A DNA stretch of 63,864 nucleotides, filler included, from an uncultured Ignavibacteriales bacterium (GTDB taxonomy: Bacteria; Zixibacteria; MSB-5A5; GN15; JAAZOE01), in assembly GCA_964611355.1 (NCBI GenBank). It is 3 parts of 3 records of this genome, joined end to end, with 100 filler letters (N's around TTAATTAATTAA, not from the genome) between each part and the next. Parts side by side here need not be neighbours in the genome. Positions count along the whole stretch, not along the records: positions 44,948 to 63,864 come from CAZSYD010000044.1; 2 more parts are not named here. The stretch is one strand, 5' to 3'. Within the stretch, counting starts at the first letter, position 1; each line of letters begins with the position of its first letter. Shown in pieces: positions 50,962 through 61,214 of the stretch. Below the pieces are notes generated by a model, which ran no database searches, was not told the DNA's origin, and worked only from the letters and a program-made list of their open reading frames with translations. The position numbers were made by a program, and so were the translations under genes.

Positions 50962-51816
50962 ATGCTTACTATTGTAGGGTTCATTATCGTTGCCGCCTCT
51001 ATTATTATCGCATTTGTCTGGGAGGGAGGACATCTGATGGTCCTCTTTCAGCCGGCCGAGTTTCTTATTATCGCCGGGGCAGCTATGGGTTCGATTCTGG
51101 TGGCCACGCCTGTGAGCGTCATCAAGGATATGATCAGGCAAATTATGGCCTCCTTTGGTTCGAGCTATATCGAAAAAGACTATATGGATCTGATGGTCAT
51201 GCAGTACGAGATCTTTAATATCGCCCGGCGCGAAGGGCTGGTGGGTCTTGAATCGCATATCGAAAAACCGTATGAATCGGACGTTATATCTCAATATCCG
51301 TCATTTCTGAAAAACCACGAAGCGGTCAATTTTATGTCGGATACCATGCGCCTGATTATAACCGGATCGGTTCAGCCTCACGAACTGGAGTCGCTTTTGG
51401 ATATCGATCTGGAGACGCTTCACGACGAAACGGACCGGGCACCCGCCATACTTGCCACCACGGCCGACGCGCTACCCGGGCTTGGTATAGTAGCGGCTGT
51501 GCTTGGCGTTGTGATCACCATGGGTGCTATCGGGGGCCCGGCCGAAGAAATCGGTCATAAGGTTGCTGCGGCCCTGATAGGAACCTTTTTGGGCGTTCTT
51601 TTATGCTATGGTTTTGTCGGGCCGCTGGCCAACGGCCTCCGTGGCCGGAACACCAGCAACGGGTCCTATATAACCTGTCTCAAACAGTGCCTTATGGCCT
51701 TTTGCAAAGGGTTCCCACCTTCCATAGCTGTTGAATATGGCAGGCGTTCGATTCCGACCGAAGTTCGTCCTTCATTTCTTGATGTTGAAGAGAGTTGTAG
51801 GAATACCCGCAAATAG
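50962..51816 (+). CDS. motA: Flagellar stator MotA
   Basis: QPAEFLII, LPGLGIVAAVLG, AVEYGRRSIP. Confidence 0.92.
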   Translation: MLTIVGFIIVAASIIIAFVWEGGHLMVLFQPAEFLIIAGAAMGSILVATPVSVIKDMIRQIMASFGSSYIEKDYMDLMVMQYEIFNIARREGLVGLESHIEKPYESDVISQYPSFLKNHEAVNFMSDTMRLIITGSVQPHELESLLDIDLETLHDETDRAPAILATTADALPGLGIVAAVLGVVITMGAIGGPAEEIGHKVAAALIGTFLGVLLCYGFVGPLANGLRGRNTSNGSYITCLKQCLMAFCKGFPPSIAVEYGRRSIPTEVRPSFLDVEESCRNTRK

Positions 51817-51824
51817 AGAAGGCC

Positions 51825-52667
51825 ATGATCGAAGAAAAAAAAGAACAACCGATCATAATCATCAAAAAGAGCAGCAAACATGGTGGACACCACGGGGGCG
51901 CCTGGAAGGTGGCCTACGCCGATTTTGTTACTGCCATGATGGCCCTCTTTTTGGTGTTGTGGATTGTGACACAGTCGCAGATAATAAAGGAGGCGGTTCA
52001 GGGATATTTCCAGGATCCGATCAATTTTAAGAAAAATTATATATCGGGTGTCTTCAAGGGCGGAATGGGAGTCCTTGAAGGAAGCTCTATCAGCGATGTA
52101 TCGGAATCGACTCCGTCGCTCGATGAACAGATGCGCAAAGAAATGGAAGAGCTGGCTGATCGCGTAAGGCATGCTATCGACGAAATGCCGGGTCTTAATA
52201 TATTAAAAGACCATGTTGATATCGAGATCACCCGTGAAGGCCTGCGAATACAATTGATCGAGGGCAGCGAGGACGTCTCGTTTTTCAAACCGGGTTCGCC
52301 AATGCTCAGCCTGAAAGGGGAATTGATTCTCAAAACCATCGCCATGGAATTGGCCAAGCTTCCCAATCAACTGGTTATAGAAGGGCATACCGACGCTTCC
52401 GATTTTTCCCGAGGCGAGCATTATACGAATTGGGAACTATCCGCCGACCGAGCCAATGCCGCCCGACGGGCAATGATGGAAGGCAAGCTCAATTCCGGCC
52501 AGGTCTATCAGGTTCGCGGTTACGCCGCCAACAAACCGCGCTTCAAAAACAATCCGCGCGATCCGCGCAACCGGCGCATTACTATCCTGGTGCTCAATCG
52601 GCTGACCGGTAAATTGGCTCCCGGAGATGATTATCAGACTCCGATTATTATGTCCAAAAATAATTGA
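51825..52667 (+). CDS. motB: Flagellar stator MotB
   Basis: WKVAYADFVTAMMALF, EGHTD, NWELSADRA, NRRI. Confidence 0.92.
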   Translation: MIEEKKEQPIIIIKKSSKHGGHHGGAWKVAYADFVTAMMALFLVLWIVTQSQIIKEAVQGYFQDPINFKKNYISGVFKGGMGVLEGSSISDVSESTPSLDEQMRKEMEELADRVRHAIDEMPGLNILKDHVDIEITREGLRIQLIEGSEDVSFFKPGSPMLSLKGELILKTIAMELAKLPNQLVIEGHTDASDFSRGEHYTNWELSADRANAARRAMMEGKLNSGQVYQVRGYAANKPRFKNNPRDPRNRRITILVLNRLTGKLAPGDDYQTPIIMSKNN

Positions 52668-52810
52668 TTGATTTCCGGTACGTTCTATTATCACCATCTG
52701 AAAACAACGGCAGCTTTCGAAGAAATCCACGAAAAGCCATAATCCGCTCTAAGTATGACGGCCGGGTTTTATCGGAAGAGTCTTTAAGATAATCCGGCGG
52801 TAAATGCGGA

Positions 52811-52984
52811 GAGGCTGTCTCATAAGTTCCCCGTCATCGCGAGCGACCGAAGGGAGCGTGGCGATCTCAAATCTATAATCGTATCCACGATAAGAGATTG
52901 TCGCGTCGTTCGCCACAGGCGAACTCCTCGCAATGACGTTCCTGGGAGCTGACGTGATTAAAAATGAGGTTTTGGGACAACCTC
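52811..52984. mobile_element. Non-autonomous MITE-like element containing a REP-like palindrome
   Basis: Imperfect 15-bp TIRs GAGGCTGTCTCATAA / TTTTGGGACAACCTC; internal GTCATCGCGAG...CTCGCAATGAC. Confidence 0.65.
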
Positions 52985-53031
52985 CGTAGGTTTGCCGCAT
53001 ATAGGCGGTTTAGTATTTCGAATGAACAACG

Positions 53032-53065
53032 AAAAACGGCGCCGGTTGACCCGGCGCCGTCTTTT
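53032..53065. terminator. Bidirectional intrinsic terminator
   Basis: aaaaacggcgccgg-ttgac-ccggcgccgtctttt. Confidence 0.8.
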
Positions 53066-53088
53066 GCTAATATGAATCAATTGACGAT

Positions 53089-55221
53089 TCAGATGCCTTC
53101 CGGTTTCTCGAAAATGGAGCCGTCAATTTCGCCGTTGATTTCCATTTTAACAATTTCAATTTCAATTCCAATTCCGCCCGCATCCTGCATAATTCTGGCA
53201 GGTTGCATTATCGGGCCGTACTTTTTGAATTCGGAATAGGTTTCGACGATCTTGCCGGGGCCCATCATCGTTTGTCCCATATAGCGGAGACCAAGAGGCA
53301 GGTAATCTTGCGGATTGATGTATATAGTGAACTGAACTCCGGTATCGGTCAGGAAATCGAGTCTGATTGCGGAGACACCGTTAAACTCTTCTTCTCCTTT
53401 ATGAGCGACCTTGAAGTAGGGATTGTCAGCGTGAGCAAATAACCGGATCATATCCCGGTCTATTTCCTTTTTCTTGTCTTCCAGATCGGCGGAAGACATC
53501 GGTTGAGTCTGGCCCGCCATTGACGTCCAGCCCGCAACGCCGTTAAAGATTATTACCTGTTCTCCCATCGGAGTTTTCATAAACTGGGCGCTCTTATCGG
53601 GCAGTACCTGAATGCTTGTAAAATCAAGCGTCATGGCTCCCTGAGGCATATTAACGGTTACTTTGGCGCCGGCGCTGATATTTTTAACTTTTTTGAAATT
53701 GACCGCGCCGCCGCATGCTTTAGCGGTTTTTTTTAACGTCTCCAAACCCAGAGCCAGCTCTTCGTCAGTGGCGGCGAATTCCCCCTCGGTCGGACCCGGA
53801 ATGGTAATGTCGATTTCATTTACCTCACCGAATACGCTCAGCGGTTCTTTAAAATCCTCCGCTTTGCCGACGACCAGAATCTGCAGGTTTTCCGGGTTTA
53901 ATTTACGCTGGGCGACATCGAGCACATCCTGCGGCGTTATCTTCTCCACCTTGTTTTTCAATTGCTGGAGATAATCAGCCGGCAGACCGTAGTAATCGTA
54001 GGTCATTATCCGGCGGATAACCTCTCCCTTGGTGTCGAATTTGAAGACAAAGGAATTGAGCCAGCCGTCTTTGGCCAGCTTCATTTCTTCTTCGGTGGCC
54101 GGGTCAGTCTGCATCGATTTTATCTGCTTTTTAATTTCCCGGATCGCTTCGATCGTGCTTTCCGACTTGGTGACCGAATAGGCATAGAAAAAGCCGGGAT
54201 AGTCGAAGCGGAAGATATACTGCCCCTGGGCGCTATAAGCGAGGCTTTTGCGGGAACGGACATTATTGAATAACCGGCTGCCAAAGCCGGTGCCCAAAAT
54301 CGAATTCATGACGATCGTGGCCGGATAATCGGGATCGCCCATCCGGCCGCCGATATGGCCCATGATAACGCTGGATTGATTAATGTCGGTCTTCTCGGCG
54401 TAGTTCAACGTCGGGCGAAAGGTATAATCAAAATCGGGCGGAGGCGGTATTTCAGTTTCGCCGCGAGGCCAGTCAGCGAAGTATTTCTTTATTAAGTCCA
54501 GCATTTCATCCTTGTTAAAGTCGCCCCAAACGGACAGTTGAACGCAATTCGGTTTCACGGCCATTTTGTGAAACATAATCATATCATCGCGGGTGATGGC
54601 CTCGATGGTGGCATATTCGATATTGCGAGCGTAAGGAGAATCCGGTCCATAAATCAGTTTAAAGAACTCACGAACGGCGATTTGAAAAGGTTCGTCGTTT
54701 CGTCGGGAAATGGTGGTCCTGCGCCTTGTTTTGGCAAGTTCGATTTTGTCTTCGTCAAAGACCGGATTGCGCAAAATATCGGCGGCGACGCTTATTATTT
54801 TCTCCTTGTATTCGGAAAGGGCGTTGGCGCCGACATAACCGGAAACAGTGCCAATAGATGATTCAACGTAAGCGCCGATCCCCTCGAGTTCCTCATCTAT
54901 CCGGTCCCCGGTCATCCCGGCCGTTCCGCCGGTGCGCATCACCGATCCGGTTATTCCCGCCAGTCCAATCAAATGCGGCGGATCGAGGTATGAACCGCAG
55001 CGATTGATGACTATTGAAATATTGACCCTGGGAAGCATATGATCCTCGAGCAGATAGACGGCCATACCATTACCGAGATCTACTCTGTCCGGCTGCGGTA
55101 TTTCAAAGCCGCCCAGCGGAGGATATTTCAAATCCTTGATTTTCTTACCCGAAGCGGGCACCGCCGAAACTGCGACAAGGATACACAGCAGTAGAACCGT
55201 TATCGCATTTATGCGTTTCAT
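53089..55221 (-). CDS. M16 peptidase, non-catalytic subunit, with extra C-terminal domain
   Basis: M16 motifs (SRLFNNVR..LAYS) without HxxEH; about 230-aa beta-rich tail. Confidence 0.8.
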   Translation of the reverse strand: MKRINAITVLLLCILVAVSAVPASGKKIKDLKYPPLGGFEIPQPDRVDLGNGMAVYLLEDHMLPRVNISIVINRCGSYLDPPHLIGLAGITGSVMRTGGTAGMTGDRIDEELEGIGAYVESSIGTVSGYVGANALSEYKEKIISVAADILRNPVFDEDKIELAKTRRRTTISRRNDEPFQIAVREFFKLIYGPDSPYARNIEYATIEAITRDDMIMFHKMAVKPNCVQLSVWGDFNKDEMLDLIKKYFADWPRGETEIPPPPDFDYTFRPTLNYAEKTDINQSSVIMGHIGGRMGDPDYPATIVMNSILGTGFGSRLFNNVRSRKSLAYSAQGQYIFRFDYPGFFYAYSVTKSESTIEAIREIKKQIKSMQTDPATEEEMKLAKDGWLNSFVFKFDTKGEVIRRIMTYDYYGLPADYLQQLKNKVEKITPQDVLDVAQRKLNPENLQILVVGKAEDFKEPLSVFGEVNEIDITIPGPTEGEFAATDEELALGLETLKKTAKACGGAVNFKKVKNISAGAKVTVNMPQGAMTLDFTSIQVLPDKSAQFMKTPMGEQVIIFNGVAGWTSMAGQTQPMSSADLEDKKKEIDRDMIRLFAHADNPYFKVAHKGEEEFNGVSAIRLDFLTDTGVQFTIYINPQDYLPLGLRYMGQTMMGPGKIVETYSEFKKYGPIMQPARIMQDAGGIGIEIEIVKMEINGEIDGSIFEKPEGI

Positions 55222-55241
55222 CTTTGAATTCTCCTCTTTTA

Positions 55242-56759
55242 TTACTCTTCAACCGTTTCAATATAGGCCACGGTGCGGTTATTCCTCGTCAGGTATTTTT
55301 TGGCCACGCGCTGCATATCATCAGCCGTTATGGCATTGATTTCATCAAGGCTGGTAAACAACTTCCGCCAGTCGCCGTAACTATTCTCGTAAACGGCCAG
55401 CTGTGTAGGCATGCCGCCAAAGCCGGAGAGGTTGGCCAGGCTATTTACCAGCGAAGCCTTGGCGCGGGCTTTGATTTTGGCGAGCTCTTCTTCCGGGATC
55501 GATTTGCTTTTCAGCAGCTCTATTTCGGCCAGAACCTCGCTCTCGCATTCCTCGGCGGTTACGTCCTTTGATGGAACAACGAAAATTCCGAAGAGGGTGG
55601 GGTACTCGCCCCCCGGGAAGGCTGCAAAGGCTGAAGCATTGGTCGCTATCTTTTTTTCCTTAACCAGCTTTTTATACAAAAGCGAAGTCCGTCCTTCGCC
55701 CAGATAATCGGCTATGGCGTCGAAGACCGGATCATCGGAGTCGGTTATAGCCGGGCGGTGGTAACCCATTACGAGGAAAGGTTGGGATTTATCAAAGACG
55801 GCCACCCGCCGCTCTGCGTTTTGTTCAGGTTCCACCGTCGCGATTCTTGCCGGCTTGGGCACCAGTGGCAGTTTGGCGAAGTATTTGTCGGCGAGTTTTT
55901 TAACCTGTTCCACGTCAACATCGCCCACGATAGCTGCAGTTAGATTCGAGGCGACGTAATACTTGCGGTAAAACTCCATCGCAGCTTCAGGATTCATATT
56001 ATGAATGTCAGACATATGGCCGATTATTTCGATCCCATACGGATGGGCTCTAAAAGCAGCGGCGAAAAACTCTTCAATCAATCGACCTACGGGCGAAGAC
56101 TCAAGTCCCATGCGGCGCTCTTCCTTAATCGGGCCCATCTCCTTGTAAAACTGCCTTAATACCGGTTTGAAAAAGCGTGACGATTCCAGTGCAAACCATA
56201 GCTCCAGCTTATTGGAAGGAAAAGAGTAAACGTACATTGTGTAATCGTAGCTGGTACCTGCGTTGAGATTTATACCTCCTTCGGTTTCAACAAGTTGCCC
56301 GAACTCGTTCACCTTGACATATTTTTCAGCCTCTTCCTGAACGGCCTCAAAAGTTTCCTTGAGTTCAGCCAGTCGAGCGGAATCGGTCAGAATTCCCTTT
56401 TTCTCCTCGGCCCGCATCTCCAGATATATGGCGTCAAGTTTTTCCAGAGCCTTCTTTTCTTTCTTGTGGTTATTGGTGCCGATTTCGTCGGTTCCCTTGA
56501 AGGCCATATGCTCGCAATAATGAGCCTGGCCGGTGTATTCCTTGGGGTCATCGACGCTGCCGACGTCGGCCAGTATCACAAACGACACCACCGGAGCGCT
56601 GTGATCTTCCATTACGATAAACTTCATGCCGTTGTCCAGCGTAAAGTCGCTGATTTTGCCCTCGATGGCTGAAAAATCAAAACCGCACAGATTCCCGGCG
56701 GCTGATGCCAGCCACAATAGTAAGAGCACGACCCGAAAAGTAAAACTTCGCTTAATCAT
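55242..56759 (-). CDS. M16 zinc peptidase, catalytic subunit
   Basis: AHYCEHMAFKGT, NAGTSYD, EERR, HPYG. Confidence 0.9.
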   Translation of the reverse strand: MIKRSFTFRVVLLLLWLASAAGNLCGFDFSAIEGKISDFTLDNGMKFIVMEDHSAPVVSFVILADVGSVDDPKEYTGQAHYCEHMAFKGTDEIGTNNHKKEKKALEKLDAIYLEMRAEEKKGILTDSARLAELKETFEAVQEEAEKYVKVNEFGQLVETEGGINLNAGTSYDYTMYVYSFPSNKLELWFALESSRFFKPVLRQFYKEMGPIKEERRMGLESSPVGRLIEEFFAAAFRAHPYGIEIIGHMSDIHNMNPEAAMEFYRKYYVASNLTAAIVGDVDVEQVKKLADKYFAKLPLVPKPARIATVEPEQNAERRVAVFDKSQPFLVMGYHRPAITDSDDPVFDAIADYLGEGRTSLLYKKLVKEKKIATNASAFAAFPGGEYPTLFGIFVVPSKDVTAEECESEVLAEIELLKSKSIPEEELAKIKARAKASLVNSLANLSGFGGMPTQLAVYENSYGDWRKLFTSLDEINAITADDMQRVAKKYLTRNNRTVAYIETVEE

Positions 56760-56872
56760 GTATCCCTCCATGTATTAAATCTCGATTCAAATCAGGATTG
56801 ACAATCTAAAGAAAAAACGTCTTGACCACAAGAGCCGGTTTTCGGTTTTCAAGTTTGTTGATGATTTCACCG

Positions 56873-59284
56873 TTATTCAATTGTCATATAATATGGCATA
56901 CGGAAAAAAATCAGTCCGGTTTCGGGAGTCTCCAGCGATACAAAATTTTCTTCGCTCCCGAAAAGCTTTTTCGAAACTTTTCCCCAGAGGCCCGGGAGGT
57001 CAAACGGGTTTTCGAAGAAGTAATATTTTTCCGGCAATGTTACTATTTCTATGTCTTCAGGTCTCAGGCGGCACGTTTCCCGCAAAATCTCAAGCGACTG
57101 ATGCAAGCCGCCGATCCGGTCGGCCAAACCGTTTTCGACCGCTTCGGTGCCGGTCCAGACCTGCCCCCGGCCCAAGGCATTAACCGAATCCGGGGTTATT
57201 GAACGGGCTTCGGCGACCTTGCCTATAAAATGTCGATAAAACTCGGAGATATGAGTTTTCAGCTTTTCTCTTTGTTCCGGAGTGAACGGTTCCGATAAAG
57301 AGTACATTCCGGCGTTGCGGCCGCGAAGATGCGACTCCGAGTATATGCCGATTTTGTCAAACAGGCGCGACAGGTTTGCCTTGCCGGCAAAAACGCCGAT
57401 GGAGCCGGTGATGGTACTTTTGTTAACAAGGATTTTGTTTTTGACCGAACTGATATAGTAGCCGCCTGAGGCGGCCACGTTTCCCATTGATATGACCAGA
57501 GGCTTGACCTTCGCTGTTTTTTCGATCTCGTGCCAGATCAGGTCTGACGCCAGGGCTGACCCGCCGGGTGAATTGACTCTTAATACCACCCCATTTATAT
57601 TTTTGTCACAGCGGGCTTTTTTGATGGCCGAAAGCATTTCATATTCGCCGATCCTGCCTCCGGATTTACCGTCGGTTATTTCACCGTCGGCGATCACCAG
57701 GGCCAGTTTCGGCGGTTCGCCCCACCGGTCGTCGCATATAGGCCGGTGAAGATACTCATGTAAAGATACCCGCCGCCGGCTTAACGGACCGCCTGATCCG
57801 GAATAATCTTTGAGTGCTTTATCGAGATAACAGGTATCATCCACCAGCCCGTATTCTTTGGCCTCGACCGACATCAGCGGCGCTTTGTCAATGAGGGATT
57901 TTACCGAATCGGACGTCATTCCCCGGTTGGCTGCGATAGATATTACAAGTTCCGCATACAGGCCGTCAAGAATACGGTTTATCTGTTGCCTGTACGGTTC
58001 CGAAGGCCGGTCAAAGATAAACGGTTCGGGCGCGTTCTTATATTCCTCGACCCGCTCCACTTCAACTTCGACGCCGATTTTGTCCAGAAGCCCCTTATAA
58101 GTTTGCAGTTCCGCCCGCAAACCGACCAGCGACAGTTCCGAAACAGGAGGAACAAAGACCGAGTCGGCGGCGCTGGCCAATAGATATCCGAGGTTGTTTG
58201 GCCGCTCCAGATACGCAATCACCTTTTTATCCCGGGCTCGGAAACGGCGGACGGCGTCGGACAGCTCCTCTACCTTGCCCATTCCGCATTTCAGTGAACC
58301 AATCTGCAGAAAGATTTTATCGACGGAATCATCGTCAGCCGCGCGGTAAATGCCGTCGATGAAGTCGAAAAAACGGAGCGACCTTTTTCTAAAGTGGGGT
58401 ATTTTCGGATTTTCCGGAAGATCGCCATCGAGGGTAATAAGAAGCGTTTTCCGAAGAGGTTTGATAAGAGACGGTTGTTTCCCTTTCACCGACCCGATAT
58501 ACGAAGTGCCCAAGATGGTCTTGCCGTCGCGATCAAAATTATGATAATGCCCGGCATAACCGGAACCGAAATTGAGCCGGAAACCCAAATTGAATTGGGA
58601 ATGGTTGTCGAAATCGAGGTATAAATACATACCGGGCAGCGGCCGGACTTCGATACCGGTTCGGAAATCAGCCTGACGGAGGCTCTCTTTGCCAGTTATA
58701 TCAACGTCAAATGTGACCGTTACCATGTTACGATAAACGCGCGCCGCGGTTCCGAAAACATAGCGAATATCGCTTCGTTCGCCGTCGATTCTTCCCCGGT
58801 TCAAATTCTCAATTCGGATACCATAAGCGAAATTCCCTTTATTTCTTGACAGGAAACCGAGCGTCCAGAGGTGTCTTCGGTTAAGATAACCGGGGCCGTC
58901 CTTGATATAGCGGTACGAGAACCCATAGCTGAATTTGCGGCCACCTCCCAGGGCGAAAACGTACTCGTTCAAATCGGGCTCATCGCCGCCGTCGATGTGG
59001 CGGTATGCCATACCGGAGACTTTCAGCGTCGAAGCCGTTCCCCAATCGCGGATCATACGTTTATTGCGGTTAGTAAAAATAATGATGTTTCCCGTGTGGC
59101 CGTATGAAAGCGCCGCCGGATTAGTCCATACCGCGGTTTGCCCCCAAACCGAGGCAACCGGCCGATAAAAGAAGAGATTTTTGGGCAGGATAAGTTCGAC
59201 GCCGCCGGCCGCGCCGGTCAGGATAAACAGCGCGGCAAAAAAAGCGATTATCCGGCGAAATCTCATTCGACACAAGCCAGCCAT
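56873..59284 (-). CDS. sppA: Signal peptide peptidase SppA with N-terminal beta-barrel-like extension
   Basis: RVNSPGGSALAS, AASGGYY, TGSIGV, GQVWTG. Confidence 0.9.
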   Translation of the reverse strand: MAGLCRMRFRRIIAFFAALFILTGAAGGVELILPKNLFFYRPVASVWGQTAVWTNPAALSYGHTGNIIIFTNRNKRMIRDWGTASTLKVSGMAYRHIDGGDEPDLNEYVFALGGGRKFSYGFSYRYIKDGPGYLNRRHLWTLGFLSRNKGNFAYGIRIENLNRGRIDGERSDIRYVFGTAARVYRNMVTVTFDVDITGKESLRQADFRTGIEVRPLPGMYLYLDFDNHSQFNLGFRLNFGSGYAGHYHNFDRDGKTILGTSYIGSVKGKQPSLIKPLRKTLLITLDGDLPENPKIPHFRKRSLRFFDFIDGIYRAADDDSVDKIFLQIGSLKCGMGKVEELSDAVRRFRARDKKVIAYLERPNNLGYLLASAADSVFVPPVSELSLVGLRAELQTYKGLLDKIGVEVEVERVEEYKNAPEPFIFDRPSEPYRQQINRILDGLYAELVISIAANRGMTSDSVKSLIDKAPLMSVEAKEYGLVDDTCYLDKALKDYSGSGGPLSRRRVSLHEYLHRPICDDRWGEPPKLALVIADGEITDGKSGGRIGEYEMLSAIKKARCDKNINGVVLRVNSPGGSALASDLIWHEIEKTAKVKPLVISMGNVAASGGYYISSVKNKILVNKSTITGSIGVFAGKANLSRLFDKIGIYSESHLRGRNAGMYSLSEPFTPEQREKLKTHISEFYRHFIGKVAEARSITPDSVNALGRGQVWTGTEAVENGLADRIGGLHQSLEILRETCRLRPEDIEIVTLPEKYYFFENPFDLPGLWGKVSKKLFGSEENFVSLETPETGLIFFRMPYYMTIE

Positions 59285-60351
59285 CAGATGCCTCCATTGA
59301 CATTATTTCGATCCGGTCCGTTGATTATAATATCGCCGTCGCCATTGGTATATATTCGCACTTCCGCCATTCCCTTACCGGCGATAAACTCCAGGCGGTT
59401 ATCATCAACGATAGTCGGCTCCATGGTCATATGCTCGGCCACAATTCGGCTGCTTTTGCCGTTTTTACAGATAAAACGGGCGTCCACCCGCCCTGCGATG
59501 TCGATTGAGATTTGGCCATACCGGTTATTTACTCGAATTTTTCCGGTCGTAAGCGAATCAAACGACAACATGATCGGACCGGAGGTATTTTTGACCCTGT
59601 TTCCAGCACCGGTGAGAAAGAGATTACGCGCCGTGATACGGTCGTAGCTGGTTCCAAGATCAAGACGGCCTCGATAATTACTGACGGTCACTTCGCCGTG
59701 CTCGTTGCGAATCGTTCCGCTTTTTTCGCCGGTATCGATATTCTCCAGTTTAATCCGGCCGTATTCGTTCGAAATAAACAACCTCCCGCTGATATCGGTA
59801 GCCGAAAACGGGCGGCTGGAAACCCTGACTTCCGTTACTCCGGTAACTTTTTCCACCTGAACTTTACTGAGCGACTCCGATACGATGAATTCCGTAAACG
59901 GACCGACCGCATCAATGTCAAAATAGGCCGTGTTGAATTGGACCGAACTGCTGTCGGGAATGGTTATCTCAACATCCAATCGTCCGGAATTTTTCGTCCC
60001 GGACCAGGGCGCGCTGCTCGGTGAGCGAAGCGAGACGGTAATACCGTCCTTATTTTTCTCGACATCAACCGAAATGGCCTCCGCAAACGCGGCGGCTTCT
60101 TTTTTGGTTGTTGCCTTCAGACGTTTTCGGTACCTGATTCGGCAATCCTCGCCACCGGCAATAATCTTCAGGCTGCCTGAAAGCGTTGCGGCGGAATTAA
60201 CGATTAATGTTTGACCGGATTGCATCGCCGCTGTTTCCTCGTATCGTTCGCCAAGGAAAACGCCCCCTTTTCCACCGGTAATTGATTCGGCGGATAAACC
60301 ATGCCAGGCGATAAGTATCAGGCCGCCGCAAATAAAGGCCCGTTTGATCAT
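59284..60351 (-). CDS. Exported beta-strand repeat protein (DUF4097-like)
   Basis: Signal peptide; repeated N-x-x-G-x-I motifs. Confidence 0.65.
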   Translation of the reverse strand: MIKRAFICGGLILIAWHGLSAESITGGKGGVFLGERYEETAAMQSGQTLIVNSAATLSGSLKIIAGGEDCRIRYRKRLKATTKKEAAAFAEAISVDVEKNKDGITVSLRSPSSAPWSGTKNSGRLDVEITIPDSSSVQFNTAYFDIDAVGPFTEFIVSESLSKVQVEKVTGVTEVRVSSRPFSATDISGRLFISNEYGRIKLENIDTGEKSGTIRNEHGEVTVSNYRGRLDLGTSYDRITARNLFLTGAGNRVKNTSGPIMLSFDSLTTGKIRVNNRYGQISIDIAGRVDARFICKNGKSSRIVAEHMTMEPTIVDDNRLEFIAGKGMAEVRIYTNGDGDIIINGPDRNNVNGGI

Positions 60352-61139
60352 TTCTTTGTCCTTTCCCTGGTATTTATCCAGAACATGAGTATCGATCCGG
60401 CCACAGCGGCGTTGAGCGATTCCATGTTCTTTGACATCGGGATTTTGATCCGATAATCGGCTCCGACGGTGAGTATATGGCCCGAACCGACCGCTTCCGA
60501 TCCGATCACCAGCGCGGCTTTGTCCGCTCTCGGCGCAGATTGGCCGATATATTTTCCATTGACGTCGGCGCTGTATATCTTGTAGCCGGATTCTTTCAGC
60601 CGTTTGGATAAAGCAGTATCATTAACGCCGCTTACCATCGGGATTTTGAAAAAACCGCCCATAGTCGCACGAATTGTTTTCGGGTTGGTAACCTCGGCCG
60701 AACCGTCAGTGGTGATAACAAAATCGAAATCAAAAGCCGCCGCCGACCGAATAAGCGTTCCCAGATTGCCCGGATCGGCGATCCGGTCGCACACCAGTAT
60801 CCTACGAGGCCGAGCGGCCAATTGTTGCTCAAGGTTGGATTCCCTGGCGTCAAACAGGGCCACAATACCCTGCGGCGATTTTGTGTCCGCCAGCCGCTTG
60901 CACTCCCTGGCGGATATCGTTTGCGCTTCAATCCCGCGGGCGATAAATCCCCTTATCAGTTTTTGGCCGCGATCGCTTGTCTCGGATGGCGCGTAGAACA
61001 GCGCCCGCGGCAGGTAATCGGCCGCCAGCGCTTCTTCCAGCAGGCGTACCCCTTCAAGGAGAAATTGCTTTTTCCCGGCCCGTTCTCTCTTGTTGTGCAA
61101 CGAGAGGAGATATTTGATTTCCTGTCCGGTTAAGGCCAA
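60348..61139 (-). CDS. TrmH/SpoU-family RNA methyltransferase
   Basis: DPGNLGTLIRSA, GSEAVG, ESLNAAVA. Confidence 0.92.
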   Translation of the reverse strand: MALTGQEIKYLLSLHNKRERAGKKQFLLEGVRLLEEALAADYLPRALFYAPSETSDRGQKLIRGFIARGIEAQTISARECKRLADTKSPQGIVALFDARESNLEQQLAARPRRILVCDRIADPGNLGTLIRSAAAFDFDFVITTDGSAEVTNPKTIRATMGGFFKIPMVSGVNDTALSKRLKESGYKIYSADVNGKYIGQSAPRADKAALVIGSEAVGSGHILTVGADYRIKIPMSKNMESLNAAVAGSILMFWINTRERTKK

Positions 61140-61214
61140 ATCAGATTATCCTTGTTTTTCCGAGCGTACATCACCAATTTATATCAAGGAATTACTTTTG
61201 CTTTCGGGTAGCAA

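Noticed and set aside
50962..52667. Zorya ZorAB defence system
   Set aside because: MotA is canonical length with no long tail, and no zorC/D/E neighbours are present
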